Part shown: piece after piece, positions 37,945-47,299 of the stretch
Layout of the letters: every line of letters starts with the position of its first letter
Position numbering within the stretch: the stretch's first letter is position 1
Origin: Candidatus Aminicenantes bacterium
GTDB lineage: Bacteria; Acidobacteriota; Aminicenantia; Aminicenantales; CAVYOD01
DNA length: 64,000 bases
Direction: 5' to 3'
Assembly (NCBI GenBank): GCA_963701305.1
Contig: OY969586.1
Coordinates: 1,074,690 to 1,138,689, forward strand
Translations under genes and position numbers: made by a program
Notes under the pieces: model-generated
What the model was told of the DNA's origin: nothing
What the model saw: only the letters and a program-made list of their open reading frames with translations
Databases searched by the model: none

Positions 37945-38730
37945 CTACGCCGAGTAAAAGGTGCCGTCGAGAAGCGCGATGTCGACTCGAACGATCAGAT
38001 TCCGGATGGACTCATCCCAAGCTTCCCAGCTCTGAATATCCGGAATATAAAGCAGTTTTCTTTTCCTCCCTGAGAAGATGAACCCGAGCGTATCCGTGTA
38101 TTCGTCCCGGTGCGGCACAGAAAAGGGAAGGACCGTGAGGTTCGAGGTCAGCATCATGGCCTTCCCGGAGAAAAGGGGCCGGACGGATATGTTTCCCAGC
38201 CGGACGAGCTGGCTCCAGGGACCGTTTGCGGCCAAGAATCTGCGCATGGATTCGGTCCCGTAAACGGGCACTCCCTGGGCCGATATGGATTCATAGCCAT
38301 AGAACATCAGACCGGTATAATGGCCGATGTGGGCGTGGCTCAAGATAACGGCGTCGGGCAATCTTGTCCGGGTTGATTTTTCAAGGTCCCAGCCCAGGCG
38401 CTCGTGAAGGAGAGACGCCTGGGCCCTGATATCGGGTGTCGCATCTACCAGAAAGAATTTTCTCTCTTCGAAATCGATTAAGGCCAGGGAGGAAATCAGC
38501 CTGGCAAACTGGGGATCCTCCCGGGCCCGGCGGCAGTTCGGGCAATAGCATCCGATTTCTGGAAGGCCGCCGTCCTGCGCCGTTCCCAGGACCTTGACCA
38601 GGATCCCGGATTCCGTGAAGGCCTTTTTTTCTTGGGGTCCAGGGCGAAGAAAGAGATCTCTTTTTGGGTTTGAGAATCCCGGGGTCATCAGGATCCCAGA
38701 AAGAGCAGAAAAGAATTGCCTCCGTCTCAT
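37945..38730 (-). CDS. MBL-fold metallo-hydrolase with a Tat signal.
   Basis: MRRRQFFSALSGILM twin-arginine signal. Metal-binding box LSHAHIGHYTG. Confidence 0.65.
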   Translation of the reverse strand: MRRRQFFSALSGILMTPGFSNPKRDLFLRPGPQEKKAFTESGILVKVLGTAQDGGLPEIGCYCPNCRRAREDPQFARLISSLALIDFEERKFFLVDATPDIRAQASLLHERLGWDLEKSTRTRLPDAVILSHAHIGHYTGLMFYGYESISAQGVPVYGTESMRRFLAANGPWSQLVRLGNISVRPLFSGKAMMLTSNLTVLPFSVPHRDEYTDTLGFIFSGRKRKLLYIPDIQSWEAWDESIRNLIVRVDIALLDGTFYSA

Positions 38731-38759
38731 CGGAGCCCGGCCGACCGCCTAATCTTTTC

Positions 38760-39974
38760 TCAGACTTTTTTCAGCTTCTTGAGATAGGCCGGGTCGATGT
38801 CCACACCCAGACCCGGTTTCTCGGGGAGTGTGATCATGCCACCCTTGACCTTCATCCCGTCGACCACCGGGTCAATCGTATGGGAGAAATAGCCATCCAG
38901 GTCGGCGTAATAGATGTTCCGGCAGGCGCCGTGCACGTGGGCAGCCGCGGTCAGGGCGATCCGGGATTCGTTCATGCAGCCCAGCATGCAGCGCATGTTG
39001 GCCGCTTCGGCGACATGGGCGATCTTGAGCGAGGTGGTCATCCCGGCTGATTTCATCAGTTTGATGTTGAAAAAATCGCACGAATCGGCTCTGATGAGTT
39101 CCATCGCGTTGGCCAGACTGAAGAGGGCCTCGTCGGCCATAATCGGGATCGGATTTTCTTCGCGGACCTGCTTCATGCCGTTGATATCAGAAGCAAGGAC
39201 CGGCTGCTCGCAGTACTGGATCTTGAATTTCTCCATTTTACGCAAGGCATAGATGGCCTGGGGAACCGTGTAGCCCTGGTTCGCGTCGATTCGGATTGAA
39301 TAATCGTAGCCGATGGCGTCGCGAATCGCCTGCAACCTGGCCACATCCATATCTGGATCCTGACCAATCTTGACCTTGAGGGTTTTGAAGCCGGCCGCGA
39401 TGTGGTCTTTGGCATTCTTGACCATGTTCTCCGGCGTATCGATGCCCGTGGTGACATCGGTCTCAAAAGTCGTCTTGTCGCCGCCGAGGAGACGGAAGAC
39501 GGGGAGTCCGGCCGTTTTGCCGAGGATATCGTAAAGGGCCATGTCAAAAGCGGCGATGATGCTGGGGCTGGAATGGACGAAGGCCCCAAAGAGCTTATTG
39601 GCGCTGTCGATGGCCAAGGGGTCCTTACCTTTCAGCATTTCCCTGAGACTCTTGGCGACAGAGACATTGCTGTCCTGGGTTTCGCCGGTGATCGGCTGGA
39701 AGGGCGACGACTCGCCGATGCCGGTGATGCCGGAATCGGTCAAGATCCGGATCAGGACACCGTTGCTGCTATAAACGGTTCCGAGGGAGATCGTGAACGG
39801 CTCGGTGAGGGCGATCTCATAATAATAAATTTCAACGTCTGTGATTTTGAGCATTTTGGCCGTGGCCTTCGCTTCCTCCATCTTCTGCGAGGAAAAGCCC
39901 CAGCTCGCCGGCACAGTGGAGCCCAGGGCTCCGAAGCCCAGCATTTTTAAGAATTGTTTTCTAGAAAACGTCAT
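38760..39974 (-). CDS. Enolase-superfamily enzyme (mandelate racemase / muconate lactonizing / dipeptide-epimerase-like), with an N-terminal signal-like extension.
   Basis: Capping domain (ITGIGES), barrel motifs (KVKIG, IRIDANQGY, EQP, ADE) and an N-terminal SRKQFLKMLGFGALGS segment. Confidence 0.7.
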   Translation of the reverse strand: MTFSRKQFLKMLGFGALGSTVPASWGFSSQKMEEAKATAKMLKITDVEIYYYEIALTEPFTISLGTVYSSNGVLIRILTDSGITGIGESSPFQPITGETQDSNVSVAKSLREMLKGKDPLAIDSANKLFGAFVHSSPSIIAAFDMALYDILGKTAGLPVFRLLGGDKTTFETDVTTGIDTPENMVKNAKDHIAAGFKTLKVKIGQDPDMDVARLQAIRDAIGYDYSIRIDANQGYTVPQAIYALRKMEKFKIQYCEQPVLASDINGMKQVREENPIPIMADEALFSLANAMELIRADSCDFFNIKLMKSAGMTTSLKIAHVAEAANMRCMLGCMNESRIALTAAAHVHGACRNIYYADLDGYFSHTIDPVVDGMKVKGGMITLPEKPGLGVDIDPAYLKKLKKV

Positions 39975-40107
39975 GATGATTCCTCCATTTCAAAGCGTTG
40001 GTCCTTCCATTTTATTTAAATCGCGCCTCAATGACAAGATCATTTTTGGGTCTCCGCCGAAAAAGCGAGGCAAGAGCGGTGAGTTTTTGAAAAGGCGCAA
40101 CCGGCCT

Positions 40108-40132
40108 CTCTCCCTGACCCCTTACCCTTCAC
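40108..40132. repeat. REP-like element (CCTGACCCCTTACCC type), immediately downstream of the CocE/NonD gene stop.
   Basis: CTCTCCCTGACCCCTTACCCTTCAC. It is the reverse orientation of GTGAGGAGTCAGGGGTAAGGGGG at 41999. Confidence 0.45.
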
Positions 40133-41901
40133 TTTTTTATTATCGGAAGGACGATGGCTGAGGGGTGCTTGGCGTCGTGGTAGATCGTCTGGCGGGCGAT
40201 CCTGCGCTCGATGTCGGTCCCGATATCATTCCCGGTGTTCGTGTTCGGGAGAAACGTCGGAAAATAGCTACTCGAAACTTCGACACGGATGCGATGCCCC
40301 TTCAAAAATTGGTGCCCGGTCGCCCAGAGATCGATCTCGAACTCGTAGACCTTCCCGGTTTCGATATGCGTCGGCTTCTCGTAAGAATCACGATAGCGGG
40401 CCCTGACAATCCCGTAGGTCATCATCTGGGCCATGTCGTTGGGGTGGACATCGACGAGCACGCCCGTAAAATCAGTGTCCACGGCCGAGGAAGCGGCGTA
40501 AAGGGTCATCTTGACGGGCCCGACAACCAGCAAGTCCTCCTGGAGCGGTTCCGAGGTGAAGACGAGGACGTCGTCCCGCCTCTCGATCGGGCGCTGGTCG
40601 AGCGAGTCGCCGAGGCGGTCGGAGTCCGAGCCCGTGGGCACGGGATTCGATGGATCGTAGGTGAAATGGTCCTGCGGCTCCGTCGAAGGGGCCACAGGGC
40701 TGAGCGCCCCGTCTCCGATGAGGCTGTTGGCCCGGCCGCCGCCGTGGAGATAGTAGGGGACGAACTTGCTTTCCGGGAGAGGCCAATCGGTCGCGGTGAT
40801 CCAGTCATTCATTCCGGTAAGGAAGATCTTGATCGGCGGCGAGCTCATGATGCCCGTGTCGATCCCTTTGAGCCAGTAGTCGTACCAGCGGAGATGAAGC
40901 TCGTTGAAGCAGACTTTGGCCTTCTCGCCGAAATCGACCTCCCCGACCTTGGTCGAAGAACTGCAATGGCTCCAGGGGCCGATGAAGAGCTTTTGGCTCC
41001 TCCGGCCCTCTTCCGTCCGCCCTTTCTTGGCGACGCCCAGGTAATTCCTGATCGTCCCCATGATGTCGCTCTGGCTGTACCAGCCTCCGATATTGAGGGC
41101 CGGCACATCGATCTCCTGGAACTTATTGTGCACGCTCGTCCGCTTCCAGTACTCGTCGTAGGTCGGATGCTTGAAATAGTCCTTCCACCACGGAATGTTG
41201 AATCCGAAGTACTCGTCGGCTTTATCGAGGGGAAGGGTCATGAGGGCCCTCCTCAAGTCGGCGGACCTCAGGTTCCGCGAGGTCCGGCCCGCATCGCCCA
41301 GGGCCCAGTTGAGCCAACCCTGGTAGACTCCATCACGCATGAAACCTCCATCAAAATATGGATCGGAGGTCGCGTCGCGGGGGACCATGCACTTGAGGTA
41401 GGGATTCCGCAGGTGGGCGGAATACCACTGGATGCAGCCGCTGTAGGAACAGCCGAAGGTCCCGATCTTGCCGTTCGACCAGGGTCGGGTGCCGCACCAA
41501 TTCATCGTGTCGAAACCGTCTTCGGCGTCATAGATCTCGATGTAGAAGTCGCCCTCGGAATCCCAGCGTCCCCGGCAATCCTGGACGACAACCGCATAGC
41601 CGCGTGTGACTAAGTACCGGATAAATCCCGCATCATCCTGATGAAAGATGTCCTGAGTGCTTTTCCCGTAATAGGTTCGGGTGAGAAGGACGGGGAATTT
41701 TCCCTCGGCCTCCGGCCGGTAAACGTCAGCCGAGAGCTTGACCCCATCCCTCATCGGAATCGTCACATTGAATTCGCACTTGACCTTGAATTGAGGCTGG
41801 GAAAGGTTTGCCGTCGGCTTCGTCTCGGCGGCGAAAGTCTTCGCTGCGCAGATGAACGAAACGACAACCGCCAGGCCAAAGACCACGACTTTTTTCTTCA
41901 T
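40129..41901 (-). CDS. CocE/NonD-family hydrolase (S15 X-Pro dipeptidyl-peptidase-like), secreted.
   Basis: Signal peptide, nucleophile elbow GCSYSG, and ELHLRWYDYWLKG (family hallmark). Confidence 0.75.
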   Translation of the reverse strand: MKKKVVVFGLAVVVSFICAAKTFAAETKPTANLSQPQFKVKCEFNVTIPMRDGVKLSADVYRPEAEGKFPVLLTRTYYGKSTQDIFHQDDAGFIRYLVTRGYAVVVQDCRGRWDSEGDFYIEIYDAEDGFDTMNWCGTRPWSNGKIGTFGCSYSGCIQWYSAHLRNPYLKCMVPRDATSDPYFDGGFMRDGVYQGWLNWALGDAGRTSRNLRSADLRRALMTLPLDKADEYFGFNIPWWKDYFKHPTYDEYWKRTSVHNKFQEIDVPALNIGGWYSQSDIMGTIRNYLGVAKKGRTEEGRRSQKLFIGPWSHCSSSTKVGEVDFGEKAKVCFNELHLRWYDYWLKGIDTGIMSSPPIKIFLTGMNDWITATDWPLPESKFVPYYLHGGGRANSLIGDGALSPVAPSTEPQDHFTYDPSNPVPTGSDSDRLGDSLDQRPIERRDDVLVFTSEPLQEDLLVVGPVKMTLYAASSAVDTDFTGVLVDVHPNDMAQMMTYGIVRARYRDSYEKPTHIETGKVYEFEIDLWATGHQFLKGHRIRVEVSSSYFPTFLPNTNTGNDIGTDIERRIARQTIYHDAKHPSAIVLPIIKK

Positions 41902-41998
41902 GCGCCGACCCTCCTCATTTTCGATTCTTGTCCAGAACTCGTTAAGGGAATTATCATAGGTTATTCCCCCCGTGTCAACGCCGTTGCCAAAATAAAAG

Positions 41999-42024
41999 GT
42001 GAGGAGTCAGGGGTAAGGGGGCCA
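41999..42024. repeat. REP-like element (GTGAGGAGTCAGGGGTAAGGGGG).
   Basis: Direct-orientation copy of the dispersed motif. Confidence 0.45.
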
Positions 42025-42164
42025 ATCCAAAGCATCGTTAGACTTCTTGCTTTTGACGTTGTCCGTCAGACCGTTTGCTGCGCGGGGGGTGAGGCAGATT
42101 CTTAACGAGTGCTTTCAATCCGAGGCTAAATAAATTAGAATATCATTCCAGGAAAGGAGGCACG

Positions 42165-43859
42165 ATGTTCAAAAGCGTTTCTCCCTCAAGATTGTTGTTG
42201 GGTTTGGTTCTTGTTCTCTTTCTCGGCTCGCTTCTTTCGGCCGATGAGACGACGGACAAGGTCGATAAAATCTTCGCCCAGTGGGATAAGACGACCTCGC
42301 CCGGCGCGGCCCTGGCCGTGATCAGGGACGGACAGATCATCTACGAGCGCGGCTACGGCATGGCCAAGCTCGAGGACGGGATCGTCATGACGCCCAAGAA
42401 AATCTTCGACATCGGCTCGACCTCCAAGCAATTCACCGCCACCTGCATTGCCATTCTCGCCCGGGAAGGAAAGATCTCGCTCGATGACGACATCCGGAAA
42501 TATTTCCCCGAGATGAGAAGCTACGAAAAACCGATCACGGTCAAGCATCTCATCTATCACACCAGCGGGCTTCGCGATTACAACGGACTTCTGGAACTCG
42601 CCGGGTTCCGGGCCGAGTCCGATTGCCCGAATGTCGATGAGGCGCTGGACGTCATCTTCAGGCAAAAGAAGCTCAACTACACCCCCGGCCAGGAGTTCTC
42701 CTACACCAACACAGGCTATTTTCTTTTGGGTCAAATCGTCGAGAGGGTGAGCGGCAAATCGCTGAACGAGTTCGCCCAGGAGCACATCTTCAAGCCACTG
42801 GGGATGACCCATACCCTCTTTCAGGAGGACCACAGGCAGGTCATAAAAAACCGGGCCACCGGCTACGACCCGGCGGAGAACGGCTACAAAATCAACATGA
42901 GCAATTGGGACGAGACCGGAGACGGGAACGTTTATACTTCGGTCGAAGACCTCTACCTCTGGGATCAGGCCTTCTACAACTTCAAGCTGGGCAAGGACCT
43001 CATGGACATGCTCCAGACGACCGGATTCCTCAATGACGGGAAGAAGCTCGACTACGCCTTCGGGCTCTTCATCCATGATTACAAGGGACTCAAGGTCGTC
43101 GAGCACGGCGGAGCCTGGGCGGGTTTTCGTGCCGGCTTCGTCCGTTTCCCCGAACAACAATTCTCGGTCATCTGCCTGACCAACCTCGGCACCCAGAATC
43201 CTGATTCTCTCTGGCGCAAGGTCGCGGACATCTACCTGGCCGACAAGATCAAGGAACCCGCCAAGGAAGAAGCCAAACAAGAGAAAAAGAAGGCGGAGAC
43301 GATCACTCTCCCCAAACAGGAGCTCGAAGAAAAAGTGGGCAATTACCAGGACCGGAAGTTCGGGGGGTGGATGACCGTCTCCATAAAGGACGAAAAACTC
43401 ACGCTCTCCGCCATGGGGATGGATCTGGAGATCGCGCCGATCAGCAAAACCACTTTTAAGGCTGTGAACACCCCGGCCGAGATGGCCGAGATCACGGTGG
43501 AGTTTCAGCTCGACGCCAAGGGGAAGACGATGGGGGCCAGTGCCAGCATCGGCGGGATCGAGCGCTTCAGCATGATCAGATCCGCTCCCCTCGCCCCGCT
43601 CACACCCGCCCAACTCAAAGAATACGCCGGGGACTATGTCAGTGAGGAGCTGCTCAACGCCAAATACAGATTCGTCGTGGAAAAGGACGGCCTCGTCCTG
43701 AAGTTCAGGAGCGCCCCGCCGGGAGCCTTTAAGCCGATGGCGCCGGACAAGTTCACCCAAGGCATGATCAACGTCGATTTTGTTCGCGCCGGCAACAAGA
43801 TCACCGGGTTCAAGCTCAACATCGGGCGCGTCTCCGGCATCGAATTCGTGAAAAGATAG
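42165..43859 (+). CDS. Beta-lactamase-family serine hydrolase with a C-terminal beta-sandwich-like extension.
   Basis: Signal peptide. S-x-x-K (GSTSKQFT). YTNTGY. RBS AGGAAAGGAGG. Confidence 0.75.
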   Translation: MFKSVSPSRLLLGLVLVLFLGSLLSADETTDKVDKIFAQWDKTTSPGAALAVIRDGQIIYERGYGMAKLEDGIVMTPKKIFDIGSTSKQFTATCIAILAREGKISLDDDIRKYFPEMRSYEKPITVKHLIYHTSGLRDYNGLLELAGFRAESDCPNVDEALDVIFRQKKLNYTPGQEFSYTNTGYFLLGQIVERVSGKSLNEFAQEHIFKPLGMTHTLFQEDHRQVIKNRATGYDPAENGYKINMSNWDETGDGNVYTSVEDLYLWDQAFYNFKLGKDLMDMLQTTGFLNDGKKLDYAFGLFIHDYKGLKVVEHGGAWAGFRAGFVRFPEQQFSVICLTNLGTQNPDSLWRKVADIYLADKIKEPAKEEAKQEKKKAETITLPKQELEEKVGNYQDRKFGGWMTVSIKDEKLTLSAMGMDLEIAPISKTTFKAVNTPAEMAEITVEFQLDAKGKTMGASASIGGIERFSMIRSAPLAPLTPAQLKEYAGDYVSEELLNAKYRFVVEKDGLVLKFRSAPPGAFKPMAPDKFTQGMINVDFVRAGNKITGFKLNIGRVSGIEFVKR

Positions 43860-43897
43860 CGCAGGCGCCGCGAAAAACTCTCTCCGCGGACGGGAGA

Positions 43898-45637
43898 GTG
43901 AAGGATGATTTCTCGGAGGAGGAAGTTATATTGAAGCGTTTTGCATGGGGCATTGTTTTTCTTGGTTTCGCAGCGTTTCTAGCCGCATCCGGCTCGGCGC
44001 CGGAGACAGCGGGATATGACATCATCATCAAGGGGGCCAAGATCGTCGACGGGACAGGAAACCCCTGGTTTTACGCGGATATCGCAATCCAGGGCGATTC
44101 TATCGCCGAAATAGGGGACCTCAGCGGAGTGAGCGCCAAGGCGGTGATCGATGCCAAGGGTCTGGTGGTTGCGCCCGGCTTTATCGACATGCACACTCAT
44201 TGCGATTTCAACATCGGGAACCCGGAGTGCAAGGCCAATCTCAACTACCTTTCTCAGGGTGTCACGACCGTTGTGACCGGGAACTGCGGCGGCGGACCCT
44301 TGCCTGTGGGAGAGACGGCGGCTCTCTGGGAAAAGCAGGGCATCGGAACGAACGCGGTCATCCTGATGGGGTTCGGGACCGTGAGACGGGCCGTCATCAA
44401 AAACGAGCCTCGAGCCCCGACTCCCGAAGAGCTCGAGAAAATGAAAGCGATTCTTCGTCAAGGTCTGAAGGAAGGGGCGTGGGGGATGAGCACCGGCCTG
44501 GAATACATACCGGACAGATACTCGAAGACGGAAGAAGTCATCGCCATGACAAAAGTTGTCGAAGAATTTGGTGGAATCTACACCAGCCACATGCGCGACG
44601 AATCCGCCGTCATTTGCGATGCCGTGAAGGAGACGATCCGGATCGGCGAGGAAACGGGCGTCAGGGTCAACATCGCCCACTTCAAAGTTTGCGGGAAAAA
44701 CAACTGGGGATTGATGAAGCAGGCGATCCATCTTGTTCAGGAAGCGAGGGCCCGCGGAATCTACGTCTCTGCCGACCAGTATCCCTATACCAAGTCCGCG
44801 CCCTTCGGCCCCGTCTGGGAAATCCCCGTCATCCCCGACAAAATGGAGCCGCTGACAGCCATCCACAAGAAAGGAAGAGAACTCTACCGTAAGCACGCCT
44901 CCGAAGCAGAGCTCAACAAGCTGAAAGAAGAATATGTATCGGAGCTGATCAAGGCCCTCGGGAATAAATCCAAGCGGGAGGAGATCAAGAAGATGACCCT
45001 CGAGGGGACGGCCAACGACCCCAGCCCGATTGCCATGTGGGGCTGGCACAATTATACAATCCTCATCTCCAGGAAAAACCCGCAGCTCAACGAAAAAAAC
45101 ATGAGCGACCTGATCCAGGAACAGAAGAGAGACGGGTTCGAGATTCTGGCCGATCTGATTATGGAGGAGCCCGATGCGTTCTATTCCGGAGGCGCCATGT
45201 CGGAAGACGAAGTCAGGGAGGCGATGAATCAGGACTGGGTCATGATCTCGAGCGATGGAGAGGCCGCGCCGATCGTCAAAGAGACGGATGCGCCCCAGGC
45301 GGGACATCCGCGATTGTTCGGAAGCCAATCCAAGATTCTGCGTGAGTATGTGCGCGAGGACAAAGTCCTCACTCTCGAAAACGCCGTCCGGAAGATGACC
45401 TCCCTTCCGGCCTCCTTCCTCCGAATGAAAGATCGCGGCCTTCTCCTGCGCGGTTATAAGGCCGACCTGGTTATTTTTAATCCGGAGACGATCAAAGACA
45501 ACGCGACCTTTATCGATTCCCAGAAATATTGTAGCGGCGTTGAATTTGTCATTCTGAACGGACGTATGAGTATCGAGAAAGGAAAATTCAACGATTCCCT
45601 GAACGGGAAGGTCTTGCTTCGCCAGGACTCGGAATAG
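43898..45637 (+). CDS. N-acyl-D-amino-acid deacylase (D-aminoacylase) family amidohydrolase, secreted.
   Basis: VIDAKGLVVAPGFIDMHTHCD metal-binding motif and typical D-aminoacylase length. The likely true start is the TTG at 43931 (GGAGGAGGAAG RBS 7 nt upstream), which gives the signal peptide MKRFAWGIVFLGFAAFLAA. Confidence 0.75.
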   Translation: MKDDFSEEEVILKRFAWGIVFLGFAAFLAASGSAPETAGYDIIIKGAKIVDGTGNPWFYADIAIQGDSIAEIGDLSGVSAKAVIDAKGLVVAPGFIDMHTHCDFNIGNPECKANLNYLSQGVTTVVTGNCGGGPLPVGETAALWEKQGIGTNAVILMGFGTVRRAVIKNEPRAPTPEELEKMKAILRQGLKEGAWGMSTGLEYIPDRYSKTEEVIAMTKVVEEFGGIYTSHMRDESAVICDAVKETIRIGEETGVRVNIAHFKVCGKNNWGLMKQAIHLVQEARARGIYVSADQYPYTKSAPFGPVWEIPVIPDKMEPLTAIHKKGRELYRKHASEAELNKLKEEYVSELIKALGNKSKREEIKKMTLEGTANDPSPIAMWGWHNYTILISRKNPQLNEKNMSDLIQEQKRDGFEILADLIMEEPDAFYSGGAMSEDEVREAMNQDWVMISSDGEAAPIVKETDAPQAGHPRLFGSQSKILREYVREDKVLTLENAVRKMTSLPASFLRMKDRGLLLRGYKADLVIFNPETIKDNATFIDSQKYCSGVEFVILNGRMSIEKGKFNDSLNGKVLLRQDSE

Positions 45638-45640
45638 TAA

Positions 45641-45717
45641 ATGGTAAGTGGCAAGGCGTCAGGGGTAAGACACAAAGATCAAGGAACAAGGTTAATTTTC
45701 AGTGGCTTACTCCTCAC
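45641..45717. repeat. REP-like element pair (GGTAAGTGGCAAGGCGTCAGGGGTAAGACAC ... CAGTGGCTTACTCCTCAC) between the D-aminoacylase and pylSc genes.
   Basis: Inverted GGGGTAAG / CTTACTCC arms, seen directly. Confidence 0.45.
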
Positions 45718-45727
45718 TTTCTTTGTG

Positions 45728-45756
45728 TTGACTTCGAGTGAGTCTGTTTTTACAAT
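45728..45756 (+). promoter_or_regulatory. Sigma70-like promoter for the pyl operon (-35 TTGACT, 17-bp spacer, -10 TACAAT).
   Basis: TTGACT at 45728..45733 and TACAAT at 45751..45756. The predicted transcript start is only ~8 nt before the pylSc ATG, giving a near-leaderless mRNA with no SD. Confidence 0.5.
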
Positions 45757-45771
45757 ACTTGACATAGACAC

Positions 45772-46602
45772 ATGATCGGCTGGACATCCTCTCAAAAGCA
45801 GCGCCTAAGAGAATTGAATGCCGACCCCGGCCTGCAGGAGAAAAACTTTTTGAGCTCTCGGGAACGAGACAAGGCCTTCCCTCTAGCCGAACGGCCACTC
45901 TGCCAAAGGAGCCTTCGGAAGCTACAGAAAATAAGGGAGAGCCGCAAACGGCCCAAGATCTGCAGATTGGAATCCAGGCTCATCCGCGCTCTCGTACGGG
46001 AAGGGTTCGTTCAGGTGACAACACCCATTCTGATCTCCCGGGGATCTCTGGAAAAAATGTCTATCGGAGAAAGCCACGAGCTGGCCAAGCAGGTCTTCTG
46101 GGTCGACGAGAACCGCTGCCTGCGGCCTATGCTGGCCCCTAACCTCTATTTTCTCCTGCGAGAGCTTGTCAAAGTCTGGGAGAAACCCGTTCGAATCTTC
46201 GAGGTGGGACCTTGTTTTCGCCGGGACAGCGCGGGGAAACACCACCTCAATGAATTCACGATGCTGAATCTGGTTGAACTCGGCCTCCCGGAAAAAACCA
46301 AGACGGAGAGGTTCGAGGAGCTGGCCGCTCTGGTCATGAAGACCGCCGGGATTCAGAATCATAAGTTTACCAGGCACCAGAGCGAGGTCTACGGCGAGAC
46401 AATCGACATCGATTCTACGATCGAGCTTGCTTCGGGGGTGATCGGCCCGAATCCGTTGGATTCCCGGTGGGAGGTCGTTGACAACTGGGTGGGCATCGGA
46501 GTCGGACTGGAGAGGCTGATCATGGTCAGCGAAAAGTATCAGAATATTCAGCGGGCTGGCCGGGCGCTTGTTTATCTGGACGGGATTCGGCTCAACATCT
46601 GA
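45772..46602 (+). CDS. pylS: Pyrrolysyl-tRNA synthetase catalytic (C-terminal) domain protein, PylSc.
   Basis: Near-collinear match to the PylS class II core: CLRPMLAPNLY, PVRIFEVGPCFRRDSAGKHHLNEFTMLN, VYGETIDI, ELASGVIGPNPLD, W.GIGVGLERL and the C-terminal GIRLNI (archaeal GISTNL). Confidence 0.88.
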   Translation: MIGWTSSQKQRLRELNADPGLQEKNFLSSRERDKAFPLAERPLCQRSLRKLQKIRESRKRPKICRLESRLIRALVREGFVQVTTPILISRGSLEKMSIGESHELAKQVFWVDENRCLRPMLAPNLYFLLRELVKVWEKPVRIFEVGPCFRRDSAGKHHLNEFTMLNLVELGLPEKTKTERFEELAALVMKTAGIQNHKFTRHQSEVYGETIDIDSTIELASGVIGPNPLDSRWEVVDNWVGIGVGLERLIMVSEKYQNIQRAGRALVYLDGIRLNI

Positions 46603-46639
46603 AAAGGACAAGGCCGCCCATTCATCAAGGAGGTTGCCA

Positions 46640-47287
46640 ATGGCTAAAGAAGAGATTCTCAAGGAAGCCGCAGAATCCATCATCAATCATGATAAGGCCA
46701 AGGCCGAAGAGGTTGCCAACCGCGCTTTGGCCCAGGGGCTGGACCCGCTCGAAGTCATAACGAGGGGATTCCGGGAGGGCATCATCCAGGTCGGAGATCT
46801 CTTCGGGCGAGGTGAAATCTTCATGCCGGAGCTCCTGGACGCCGCTGAGGCGATGAAAACTGCCAACACCATTCTCACGGCCGCACTGCCCGAAGGGGCG
46901 CAGCAAAAAAAGGGAAAAGTGGTTGTCGGGACGGTTCAGGGCGACATCCATGACATCGGAAAACTCCTGGTTGTTTCTCTTCTCCAGGTCAACGGATTTG
47001 ACGTTTTTGACCTCGGGCATGACGTCGAAATCGGGAAATTTATCGAAAAAGCCCTGGAAGTCGATGCCGATATCATCGGCACCAGCGCTCTCTTGACGAC
47101 GACCATGACCGGCCAAAAGACGCTCGAAGAGGAGCTGAGAAAGGGGGGCCTCAAGCCCCGCTTCAAGACGATGGTCGGAGGAGCCCCGGTGACACAGCGC
47201 TGGGCAGACCGGATCGGAGCCGATGCTTATGGAGAGGACGCGTCCGAGGCAGTCAAAAAGGCCCTCGAATTGATGGAGAAAAAGTAG
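46640..47287 (+). CDS. Methylamine-type corrinoid protein (MtbC/MtmC/MttC-like B12-binding protein).
   Basis: N-terminal helical cap, then a B12-binding Rossmann domain with the D-x-H-x-x-G box (GDIHDIGK) and a C-terminal ...ADAYGEDASEAVKKAL. Strong RBS AAGGAGG. The ORF track starts at 46568. Confidence 0.8.
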   Translation: MAKEEILKEAAESIINHDKAKAEEVANRALAQGLDPLEVITRGFREGIIQVGDLFGRGEIFMPELLDAAEAMKTANTILTAALPEGAQQKKGKVVVGTVQGDIHDIGKLLVVSLLQVNGFDVFDLGHDVEIGKFIEKALEVDADIIGTSALLTTTMTGQKTLEEELRKGGLKPRFKTMVGGAPVTQRWADRIGADAYGEDASEAVKKALELMEKK

Positions 47288-47299
47288 CTCCATAATCTC

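Noticed and set aside
45638-45771. Expected pylT position upstream of pylSc (the usual bacterial arrangement).
   Set aside because: No CUA anticodon or tRNA-like fold on either strand in this interval. It holds REP-like repeats and the promoter. The tRNA-Pyl is at 50450..50521 instead.
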